Positions 48,373 to 61,095 of a DNA stretch of 64,000 nt are shown in pieces (the stretch's first letter is position 1; each line of letters starts with the position of its first letter). A program made the translations under genes and the position numbers. The notes below the pieces were generated by a model. That model ran no database searches. It saw only the letters and a list, made by a program, of their open reading frames with translations, and was not told the DNA's origin. Source of the DNA: Selaginella moellendorffii (lineage: Eukaryota > Plantae > Lycopodiophyta); NCBI RefSeq assembly GCF_000143415.4, contig NW_003314269.1, positions 1,929,544 through 1,993,543 on the forward strand. The letters run 5' to 3'.

Positions 48373-50178
48373 CTAGCTTTTCTGGCTCTGGTGGGATTTG
48401 CAGTAGTAATCCCCCGTGTCGCAGCGAGCTTGATTCTTGCACGGTTGGTTGCTGGCAGTGAGACCCTTGCACCGCTTAAGCTCCTTCTTGGCACGCTCGT
48501 TGGGCTCGGCCAGTTCCAGCAGCAGATCAAACTCTTGGAGGCACTTATCCACGTTGGCAAATCGCCTCAAGCTCGCAGGGTCGCCATCCGATGCAACACT
48601 CTCCGGCATGACGTCGAAGTAGTCATCTTGAATCGCCTGGTTGCCTTTGACAATCCATTTCGGTAGCACCTCCGTCTTCCAGGCCTCGTGACTTCGTTTC
48701 TTGCTCTTGGTCTTCCAGCTAGCCACAGTTATCTGCACCGCTATGATCTTTAGAGTGCCATTTCTCTCCAGCTTGAGAAGGATCAGGTCCACCGCTTTCT
48801 CACTAAAAGCCGCAGGGCCGAGAAGAACGCCTTCGACAAGCTCCTCCATCGTCAGCTCCGAGACAACGTTCCTCTCGCAGCCGTGACGGTACACTCTGTA
48901 GTGCTTGAAGTCGAGACCGAAAAGCCGCTTCTGGAAGCGCACCACAGCGATGACCAGCCCCTCGACGTTCCACCCCACGCGCGCCGAGTTCCTCGGGCCC
49001 TGGTCTTGCTCACAGTCGAGCCTGACAGCCGCAGCCCACTTCTGGACGTCCGAGAGCTGGAGCGAGCTTTGCAAGCTTTCGTGCTGCTCCATGATGTAGC
49101 TCTCAGCTTGCGAGCGCAGGAAAGAGCTGAGGATGTGAAACTGTTGCTCCTTCTCATCGTAGTAGAAGCACGTCATGTCCACCTTGTCTTGCCTAAGTAA
49201 GTGCCCGCGCTCTCCAGAAACGACCAGTGCCATTCCAGCCGATAGCTCCCTCCGGTTCACGAGATTCCCGATGAACTTGCCGTAGAGCTTGTGCGTATAT
49301 GCCGCCTGGATCCTTCCCACGAAGTCTTTCTCGTTGCCCTTGACGTCCTCGTAGAAACGCAGCAGCAGTGGCATTCCACCGGTCAAGCGCTCCAAGCCCT
49401 GAAGCTGCGAGACCCCGTCGAGGCTCGACTGCGCAATCCAAGTCGCGAGCTCGCTGCTGTTGTAAGGCCCGTCAAAGTGGAACGTTTCCATCTCCTCGTC
49501 GGCCTTGTCACTGTCCTCCCAGAGTTGCCTCTGCCTGCTGCTGACGGACGAGACCGTGACGAGGACCTGAAACATGGTGGCTTCTTGCAGCGTGTCTCTG
49601 AGCGGCGATCCAGTTTTCTCAAAGATGTCCCACTCGTCTACCACGAAGAGCAGCGAGCCTCTCTTCTGAGCCCGGCACCAGAGAACAAGACTCTCCAGAT
49701 TCTCCAGCTTGGCGAGCTCGCCATCTCTCCCGCCCCTCCCAAACGCCAGGAGCAGCGCGTCCGCGAGCACAGCATGTGGATTCAGCACGAATCGCTTGCC
49801 GAGGATGTAAACCACGCGGCGCTGCCTCGACGCTACGAGATAGCCCGCGATGGTGCTCACCACCCTGCTCTTTCCGGACCCTTTGGCGCCCAAGACTTGC
49901 ATCGGCCGGAGCGGCACCTGGGCTAGGATTCTCGTGTAGAGCTTCTCGCCGAGGGCTCGCCCCACATAGCTGTAGGAGGTGGCAGCGGCGTCCCTGGTGG
50001 GCGGGACGAGGTGCAGCACCGAGCTCGTGTCCCAGATGAAGTTGGCATCGATGGCAAGCCTGGTGCCGGATGGACCAAGACGAGTGTAGACCGCCTCCAG
50101 CCTCGATTCGAGCGCATCGCGCTCCTGCACGCTCTCACCAAAAACAAAGTCTTGCTCTTGGGGCCATGGTCGCTTCAT
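48373..50178 (-). CDS. Intronless P-loop NTPase + PD-(D/E)xK-like nuclease + C-terminal C3H Zn finger (Crinkler/RHS-type CR-NTPase-REase)
   Basis: 601 aa. YVGR before Walker A GAKGSGKS; RRVVYI; Walker B LLFVVDE; TGGMPLLL; GWNVE...P-x5-AVD...AVQIT...H; C-terminal RCKGLTASNQPCKN-x9-CKSH. Confidence 0.75.
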   Translation of the reverse strand: MKRPWPQEQDFVFGESVQERDALESRLEAVYTRLGPSGTRLAIDANFIWDTSSVLHLVPPTRDAAATSYSYVGRALGEKLYTRILAQVPLRPMQVLGAKGSGKSRVVSTIAGYLVASRQRRVVYILGKRFVLNPHAVLADALLLAFGRGGRDGELAKLENLESLVLWCRAQKRGSLLFVVDEWDIFEKTGSPLRDTLQEATMFQVLVTVSSVSSRQRQLWEDSDKADEEMETFHFDGPYNSSELATWIAQSSLDGVSQLQGLERLTGGMPLLLRFYEDVKGNEKDFVGRIQAAYTHKLYGKFIGNLVNRRELSAGMALVVSGERGHLLRQDKVDMTCFYYDEKEQQFHILSSFLRSQAESYIMEQHESLQSSLQLSDVQKWAAAVRLDCEQDQGPRNSARVGWNVEGLVIAVVRFQKRLFGLDFKHYRVYRHGCERNVVSELTMEELVEGVLLGPAAFSEKAVDLILLKLERNGTLKIIAVQITVASWKTKSKKRSHEAWKTEVLPKWIVKGNQAIQDDYFDVMPESVASDGDPASLRRFANVDKCLQEFDLLLELAEPNERAKKELKRCKGLTASNQPCKNQARCDTGDYYCKSHQSQKS

Positions 50179-50399
50179 CCTCCAAGTCCTAAATTTCTCT
50201 TATTATAATTTTTTATAATCGACGTTTCCTTGTTTTCTTTAAGGCATAGAGGGTGGCTCTAATTTCATGGGAATGACTTTTTAGAGGTAGAGGGACCATG
50301 AGTAGCGTGCTCACTTGAAAATCTTGCATTGTAATTGCTTAATCCCTATCATGTACATATACATTTCACATAATTCACATAATAGAAAGATGGCCGAGG

Positions 50400-51783
50400 T
50401 CAGGGCGTCAACAAGATCTTGCCGAAATGCTGGTTGGCGACCATGAGCTGCAAGGCCTGGGCCGCCTCCTCCAGCGGGAAAACCCTGTAAATCACCGGCT
50501 TCACCTTGCGTTCCTCCACCGCCGGCCACACATTCTGCCACACCTCCGCTACGATTTGCGCCTTGCTCTCTGGAGCTCGAGTCCGCAATCCCGCGGCTGC
50601 CAAGTTCTCAAATAACACTCTCAGCCAACCAAAGCGAAAGACCCTCCTCTCCCGCATTACCTGAGACTATCAGCCGTTTCTTCAGTATCGGCAGCAAACT
50701 CAGCTGGCCCGAGGCCCCGCCCTGGAAGCCGATTATGAACAGCCTCCCATCCATGCCGAGGGCCTCCAGGTTCCTCTCGAAATAAGACGCTCCCACCATG
50801 TCCAGTACCACGTCCACACCTGCGAGAGGTATCCAGTGATAATCTTAGAGCTCCGCCACTCAAAACATCACGCAAAGGCTAACCTTCCCCGTGGGTGGCC
50901 TCTTTCACGCGCGCAACGAAATCATCCTCCTTGTAGTTTATCGCCACCTCCGCTCCCAGCTGCTTGCACAAGTCGAGCTTTTTCTCCGATCCTGAGCCGG
51001 CCCCCACTGGTTAGAAGGACGTGATCACGGGGACTCACCAGCAGTAGCAAAGACTTGGGCTCCAATCGACTTCGCCATCTGGATGGCAAAGGTGCCAATC
51101 CCGCTGCTGCCGCCATGTATCTGGTTGCACCAAGCACAGCATGTGTGTTAAGCGATGGAAAAATCTCTAGAGAAGTTCTAACTTACGAGGACGCTCTCCC
51201 CGGCGGAGAGGTGGCACGCCATGAAGACGGTGGACCACACCGTGCACGCAACCTCGGGCAAGGACGCGGCATCACGCAGCGAGACCCCTCGCGGGATTGG
51301 AAGAAGCTGGCTCGCAGCCACCGCAACTTTCTCGGCGTAGCCCCCGCCCCCCAGGAGCGCGCACACCTGCGAGCACCATACTCACAGCATAAGAACTAAG
51401 ATGTGTGAGCCCCATTCGCTCCATCGCCGCCTATCCGGATTGGAATCCTCTCTCCCATCCCATCCCATCCTATCCCCTAGAAACCTCGCGGGACACTAGT
51501 GCTCAATTCAACTTGGCTCAGCGCATTTTACCTCGTCCCCGACTTTCCATCCATCCACGCGCGCGCCCAGGCGCTCGATCACGCCGGAGCACTCGAGGCC
51601 CAGGTAGGGTGGGGCTCCCGGCGGCGGAGGGTGCTGGCCTTTGAGCTGCAGGAGGTCGGCGCGGTTCACTCCCGCGGCCGCGACCTTGATGAGCACCTCG
51701 TCGTCGCCGATATCAGGATCGGGCACCTCGCGCAGCTCGAGCACCTCCGGCCCGCCAAGCCCCTTCGCTACCACTGCCCGCAT
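50400..51783 (-). CDS. Quinone oxidoreductase PIG3-like (MDR/zeta-crystallin family)
   Basis: EVLIKVAAAGVNRADLLQ..GLECSG; ALLGGGGYAE; AASLPEVACTVW; HGGSSGIGTFAIQ; HFGKILL. Confidence 0.92.
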
Positions 51784-52004
51784 TTCCTATCCCCGCGCTG
51801 GCGCCCTAGATCCACGCACACGTATACTTCATATGATTAAAATGTTTGTTTAATATTATAAACATGTTTAGCTTACGATGAAAGCATATTCTAGGATATC
51901 CGTGTCTTTCAAGGACGAATTTTGACAAAGCTATGGATAGCCTTGGGGGATATCAAAATTGCTTGGCTTCCTGTACAGATATAAGAACCAAACGAATCAC
52001 CTCT

Positions 52005-53716
52005 CTACTTGAGTAAGCAAGGTATGTGCTGTTGTTCCATTGGACCCCATGCCGGCCTCGAGCTACCGTCCGCTGCTAACACTAAAACCAGTTCTTCGAC
52101 GTCCTTGGGGATAAACTGTCCATCGCCTGGCCGCAAATCCACGAGAAGATCAGCAAGACAACGAGGAGGTCGAAGAGAAGCGCTCACCAAAGTGTGCATC
52201 TCCGTGTGGGAACTCGAAAGCAAGTCCTCCGATATCATCTGGATGCTGGACGGCCTCGCTCTGGTTCACGTTGTCGCTCTCGGTTGCCCGGCAGGGAGAA
52301 GTCGTGGTGGAGGACGTGACGGTCGAGTGGACGCTTCCATTGCACGTCGGCGTGGGGGTTCGAGTGATGAGCCAGCCCATCACCTCCTCCATATCAACCT
52401 GACCATCCCTTGGAGAGCCGTTGTCATATTCCCTCTGAAACGAAAAAAGCCTTTAGCTATGCGCTCGATCGTTAAACGAGTAGCCAAACCTCGTGCTGTG
52501 CTGCCAATGGGTCTGCAACAGGAAACATACCGAAACATCTCGATACGCCTCCTGTATCTGAATGCCAGCAGGAAGTTTTGGTCAGCACAAGACAAGCGAG
52601 CATGGCTGCCCAGAGATATTCATTACCAGACTCCCGGGTGTGTTTCTGCAGGGTGAGGAGGACCAGTTCCCCTTTTCAAGTTTTGGCAACTTACGAAGAA
52701 AGTCATTCTCTGGAATCCCGATAGAAAAGCTTTGCTTTACGTATGCTCTGCTTACAGGGAAGAAAGAATTATATAGATCCTCTCTGCAGACGAAAAGTCA
52801 GCCTCGGCAACATTGACAGCGCGACTATTTACCTGTTGTCATTGTGTTCTAGCATCTTCTTTGGTCTTTTGGGTTCTTTACTATAATCTGCGTCATCCTG
52901 GTGCTCGTGATCAACTAATAAGTCTGTGATATGGCTTGCTGGCTTAACCCGATGCGACCGTTTCTTACAAAGAGCATTAAAGCGGTTCTTGACAGCGTTG
53001 TCTGTCCTGCAAGCTTAAGCTTGATCAGTCTCGCGTCAAAACAGTGGGTAATGAAACTCATACCTCCCCGGCACCATTTTTGCAATTTCAGTCCAGCGAT
53101 TACCATATGCATTATGTCCCTGGAAGCAGAAGCGGTGTCATTGGTTATGGGAACTTGCAAATTTCGCCAAACCTCGAGTAACATCCGATCTTCTTCTGCA
53201 CTCCAGCTGCTCTTATTCATACACATGTGTAGGTACGTTCGCCACCTAAATCAGAAGAACATATCAACGCAAGTGAAAAACTTGAGCAACGCCATCGTGT
53301 TACCTTCTTCGGCATTCACGAGGAGTTTTGTTCTGCATTTTAGCTGAAATGATATGCCACCTGAGCATAAACGAAACACTTCAGAAAAAACTAAAGGAAA
53401 GCTTGAAAGTAAGAAATAACACTATACGTACTTCTTGGTTCCATGGCGTTTGACAAGTTCTCTCAGCATTTCATCTTCCTGGTGGTGGCTATGTCAGTCA
53501 GATGCACAAAGAGCTTGTAAGTACATTGCTGTCAGTTTGACGAGGCCAAAACAAACCACAAGAATCGAAAGAAAAAACCTGCTCAGTGAACACGGCCGGG
53601 GGATCCGACGATAGGCTCGAGTCCGTCGGCGAGTCTGGAGGAGAGGAATTGGGGGTATCGGGCATCGTGATGCTGGGGTGAGGGATATAACTAGCATCGG
53701 GAACAGCTGCCTCCAT
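52005..53716 (-). CDS. FLP: R2R3-MYB of the FOUR LIPS/MYB88 type
   Basis: FTEQEDEMLRELVKRHGTKKWHIISAKMQNKTPRECRRRWRTYL...WSAEEDRMLLEGHNAYGNRWTEIAKMVPGRTDNAVKNRFNALCKKR. The 3' exon structure is tentative. Confidence 0.78.
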
Positions 53717-54216
53717 TCTCAGCGGCCTTAAGCTCTTCTCACCTGGAATCCTGCTCGAAATCCACCGAAAATCTTCTCAAGGGGACGAATCCAAGCGCGG
53801 CGAAATCCCGGCTTCTACCTGGAAAATGCGAGCCGGCGCCGATGATCTGGAGCTCAATAGCCGCTGTGACGCTCTCCATTGCCCCGGCGCCATGCCCGAT
53901 CACTGCTTGCCCTATAACACTTCCGGAGCAATGGAAAAACAAACACGTTACATATACCAATATGCCTTTCAACCGTTTCTGTTGAGACACAACCCTGCCA
54001 CGTTGCCCTAGAAAAGATTTTAGGTCGTAGATTCTGGGGCGGAAGCTCGCAGGGTTCTCTTTCTCCTCTCTTTTTCTATGGCGCGTGGAGCGATTGCTCG
54101 GGAGCCCATGGATCGTTCTCTTGATCCTCTCCGGTATGCTCGATGCGATTCGCCTCCTCCTCGATTAGCCAAGATTTCGAGCTGCCGCTCTTGCAGATTT
54201 TGATCCTCCGCGAGCG

Positions 54217-56086
54217 ATGTCGTCGTCCTCCGGGATTGCCAGTTCTTGCGATGCGATTCCCGGCAAGAAAAGCAAGGGGAAAAGGAAGCTAGGCGAAAAT
54301 GGAACGATATTACGGAAGCGCGGCGATCGTTCTCGCGAGCTGGAAGATGGGAGTGGCGGTGGCGAGGCGGGCGGAATTTCCAGGGGTGTCGATGGGGTTT
54401 CTTGGTGCCAGTATCGCGAATCCAGTGACTGGGGGGAGTACACGGAGGCCCAGCTAGAGAATCTAGTTCTGGAGAGTATCAAGGTAACGATCGAGACCGG
54501 CGTGAGAAAGCTCGTGGCGATGGGTTACAGCGCGGAAGAGGCTACAGATGCTATCGTCACGAGTGGAAACTACGTGAGGTTCTCGGGTACCATAGAAATT
54601 GCCGAAGGCCACTTGAAGAAAGGTGGTGGTGGCGGTGGACGGAAGAAAGTACCAGCAGGAGAATTTTCGGTGGAGGAGTTTGAGAGGCTTGCTCTGGCGA
54701 AGATGATCGGAGCTGTGAGAAGCGATCGACCGAGCTTATCTAGGCCTGACGCTCTGTGGTGCCTTCTCGTGTCGGATCTGGACGTCGTGGCAGCCATCAA
54801 GGATTTGGAGTCTATAGACAACGCTCTGAGTTCTTCGTCATCTCATCCGGAGTCTCCTCATCTTTCGTCCACGCCTCAAAGACCGACTTGCGATTTCAGC
54901 AGCGACGATGAAGATGAGCTAGATATGAACGAGGAGTTGCGGACAGAGTGCTTGTCTGCGTGCACCGAGCTCTCGCCCGCGTTAACTGCTGATCCAAGGT
55001 ACCTTGAGCTAAAGCCAGTGACGTCCGAGAGCGATATACCCCGGGGCATCGACGTCGTGAACAGACTTTTCGAGTCATTGGATAGCAAGAGCAAGGCCAT
55101 AAAGGAGCTTGAGGAGAAGGTGACGGATCTGGACAGGCAGCTGGAAGAGAGGACCGAGTGGGCGCGTGCAAAGGTGCTTCAGGCAGCGCAGCGACTTAGC
55201 AAGGATATCAACGAGCTGAAGAAGCTGAGGGCGGAACGCGAGGAGGCCTTCCGTGCGAGCGAGAGCAACAAGAAGAAATACTTGGAGCTCGAAAGTTCGT
55301 TTCAGAAGTTGACAAGTCAGCTGGACCAAGCTAAAGTCGGTTTCCAAAAAGTCGAAGCCGTAAACGCAGAGCTACGTGCGGAGCTAGAGGCGACCAAGCT
55401 GAGTGCTTCGGAATCGTTCGAGAGCAGCGTGAAAGCTTCAAAGCAAGAACGAAAGCTGCTGAAAACGGCTCAAAATTGGGAAAAGCAGCGAGCCAAGCTA
55501 CAGGAGGAGCTCTCCACTGAGAGACGGAAGCTCTCCAAACTCCAAGAACAGATGGCGCAAACGAAGGAAATCCAGCACCAAGCCGAGGTAAGAACTTCAA
55601 TCCTCTCGTATTCACATGTTAACTTCCATGAACACTACACAGGATAGGAGCAGGCAAGACAAGAAGGCCAAAGACGAGGCACTCTTTCGTTTGGAGGCCG
55701 AGAAACTAGCCAGGGAGAAAGCCGAAGCGGCAGCCAAGCAAAGAGTGGAAAGGATACAGAGGAAGTCCGAGGCGGATCTGCGAGCTCACAGGGACGAGAT
55801 ACACAAGCTGGAGCAGGAAGTTTGCAAGCTCAAGTTCGGTGCTAGCGAGCTAAGCTTGTTGGACCTGAGCGAGCAGGACGCGGTGCCGATGGCGTGGGGC
55901 GTCCGGAGGGACAGGGAATGCGTCATGTGCTTGTGCGAGGAGATCTCGGTGGTGTTCTTGCCGTGTGCTCACCAGGTGGTGTGCGTCAAGTGCAACGATT
56001 TGCACGAGAGGAAGGGGATGGCCGAGTGCCCGTCTTGCAGGACGAGGATCCAGCAGCGCGTGCGAGTCTACAATGGCGCAAACTAA
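54217..56086 (+). CDS. RF298/RF4/PIR/MIP1-like coiled-coil RING E3 ubiquitin ligase
   Basis: DWGEYTEAQLENLVL..KLVAMGYS; DALWCLLVSD; EWARAKVLQAAQRLSKD; RING RECVMCLCEEISVVFLPCAHQVVC..C..CPSCR. One intron (~55588-55642). Confidence 0.9.
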
Positions 56087-56382
56087 GAGCTACTTCTCAG
56101 GTACACCATTTCCTCTCGAGATTTCTTTCACAGAGCTAATGTGGAGACAATGTTTTTCGGTCCAGTGAATTTCACACAAGGTGAGTGATCTACAAGCTAG
56201 AAGGTACACCATCTTTCGACCAAGAGAGTGATCTAATGGTACAAGCTATGAGGTACACCATCTTTTCACCTGGAATAAGGAATATAGTGGAAACGATACC
56301 TTTTTTGTTCTAATAATTTAGTCTCGTAGGTTCAGCTTGAGAAGAAAACGAGATGTTGTCAGCTTCAAATTATTCGTGGTTT

Positions 56383-59240
<2,858 letters not shown>

Positions 59241-59686
59241 TGGCCGGAAGGAGGTAGAAACCGCCGAAGAACCCTATAATTTTTGTTCCGTGTTCTTGCT
59301 GGAGAAATGAAGCAGCAGTCAAACTTACGTGATTCTCTTGTTTTTGCTTTTGCGGATATTATTCCTGCGCATTAAATTGAGTGAGGAACCAGGGTGGACA
59401 TATCATCCGGAATACAAAACCAGCCGTCCGATACCATCCAGCGCTTTCAACCTTTAGTCCCTTAACCTTTTTACACATACATCACGTTAATTTCATCAAT
59501 ATTAACATAAATAAAATATAGAGAACTAGAACCAAAGTTTGGAGATTTTTACAACGGCATGAGATTATACAACCGAGAAAACAAAATCACACGTGGATAC
59601 CTGCATGCAGTGCATGATGTGGCGCCATCCCCTGCGAATAAATCTTTTGCGCTTGCTATGATGATGAGTTTGAACGATTTTCGCGC

Positions 59687-61017
59687 ATGTATTGCTTTGA
59701 TAGGGCAGCGGCTCTCGTTTTAGGGGGACTCCCAGCGAGAAGAGGAGCGTTTGTGTCTAGGTTTTACACAAGAACGAGCAGGGCCTTTTCTCGATCGTGC
59801 TCCGGAGCGAGAGCTATGGCGACCTTCCCAGCGCAGAAGCAGGAGTCGCAGCCTGGAGTCCAGCACGTCATGGATCCCCATCCTCGCACCAGGCGCTCGG
59901 ATTACAAGCCATCGGACAAGCTCAAGGTTAAGTCGTTGCTATTTCAAATCTCGAGCTTGGTCGATTTGATGCTTGTGTGTCCCACAGAATAAGGTGGCTC
60001 TGATAACTGGGGGAGACTCCGGCATTGGGCGAGCTGTGGCTTATTTCTATAGCCTCGAAGGCGCCAGTGTGGCCATAACTTACGTGCCTGGGAAAGAGGA
60101 GAAGGACGCGGAGGAAGCGATCCATATGATCAAGGAGGCCAAGACCGCGCATGCCAAGGATCCGATCATGATCCCAGGCGACATTGGTTACGACGAGAAC
60201 TGCAAAAAGGCAAGCCCGATTCAGTTTTACAGACTTCCAGAGAAACTTTCGTGACGATTCTTTCTCGGCTTTGTTCTTGTCGATCGCATTAGATTGTTGA
60301 CGAAGTGGTGAAAGCTTATGGGAGGATTGACATACTCGTCAACAACGCCGCCGAGCAGTACCGCGTACAGAAGATCGAGGACCTCAAGCCGGAGCAGCTG
60401 GAACGCGTGTTTAGAACCAACATATTCTCCCACTTCTATCTCTCCAGGTAAATCCTCTCTAGTATCAATCAAAATAGAGTTGTCTCTCTACGACACAGGT
60501 ATGCCGTGCCTCACATGAAGGAAGGCGAGGGCTGCATCATCAACACCACCTCCGTGAACGCCTACAAAGGAAACAAGACTCTGATCGACTACACGTCCAC
60601 CAAAGGAGCCATCGTCGGCTTCACAAGGTCTCTCGCTCTCAACCTCGTGGATAGAGGAATTCGTGTGAATGGTAAGCTCGTCCTTGTTTCATAATTCTCG
60701 TCCACCTTTTGTCCAAACCAATTGTTGCTTGCTACTCCTCCAGGCGTTGCTCCAGGTCCAGTGTGGGCTCCTTTAATCCCAGCTTCGTCGCCGGAGCCCC
60801 AGCAAACCGAGCACTTTGGCGAGCAGTGCCCGATGGGAAAAGCTGCGCAGCCGGACGACATTGCTCCCTCCTACGTCTTCCTCGCCTCGGAGGACGCTGC
60901 CTTCTTCACTGGACAAGTCCTTCATCCAAACGGTATCGCATATCTTTTCTTCCTCTATCAAGGAGCTCTTAAGTTACTGGTTTTTTCTCTGCAGGAGGGA
61001 TGATTGTAAATGCATAG
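59687..61017 (+). CDS. Glucose and ribitol dehydrogenase-like SDR
   Basis: FPAQKQESQPG; TGGDSGIG; LVNNAAEQ; YTSTKG (YxxxK); VAPGPVWAPL; TGQVLHPNGG. A second possible start lies at 59817. Confidence 0.92.
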
Positions 61018-61095
61018 GCCAGAGAAGCTGATCGAGAACAGTTGTGAATCAAATTGAGAACAGTTGTGGATCAAATCAAATCGAAGTTCTTTCCA

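Noticed and set aside
56095-56270. Short imperfect repeats (AGGTACACCAT) and a 22-mer duplication at ~61035
   Set aside because: Two to three copies in 3'UTRs; ordinary slippage duplications.
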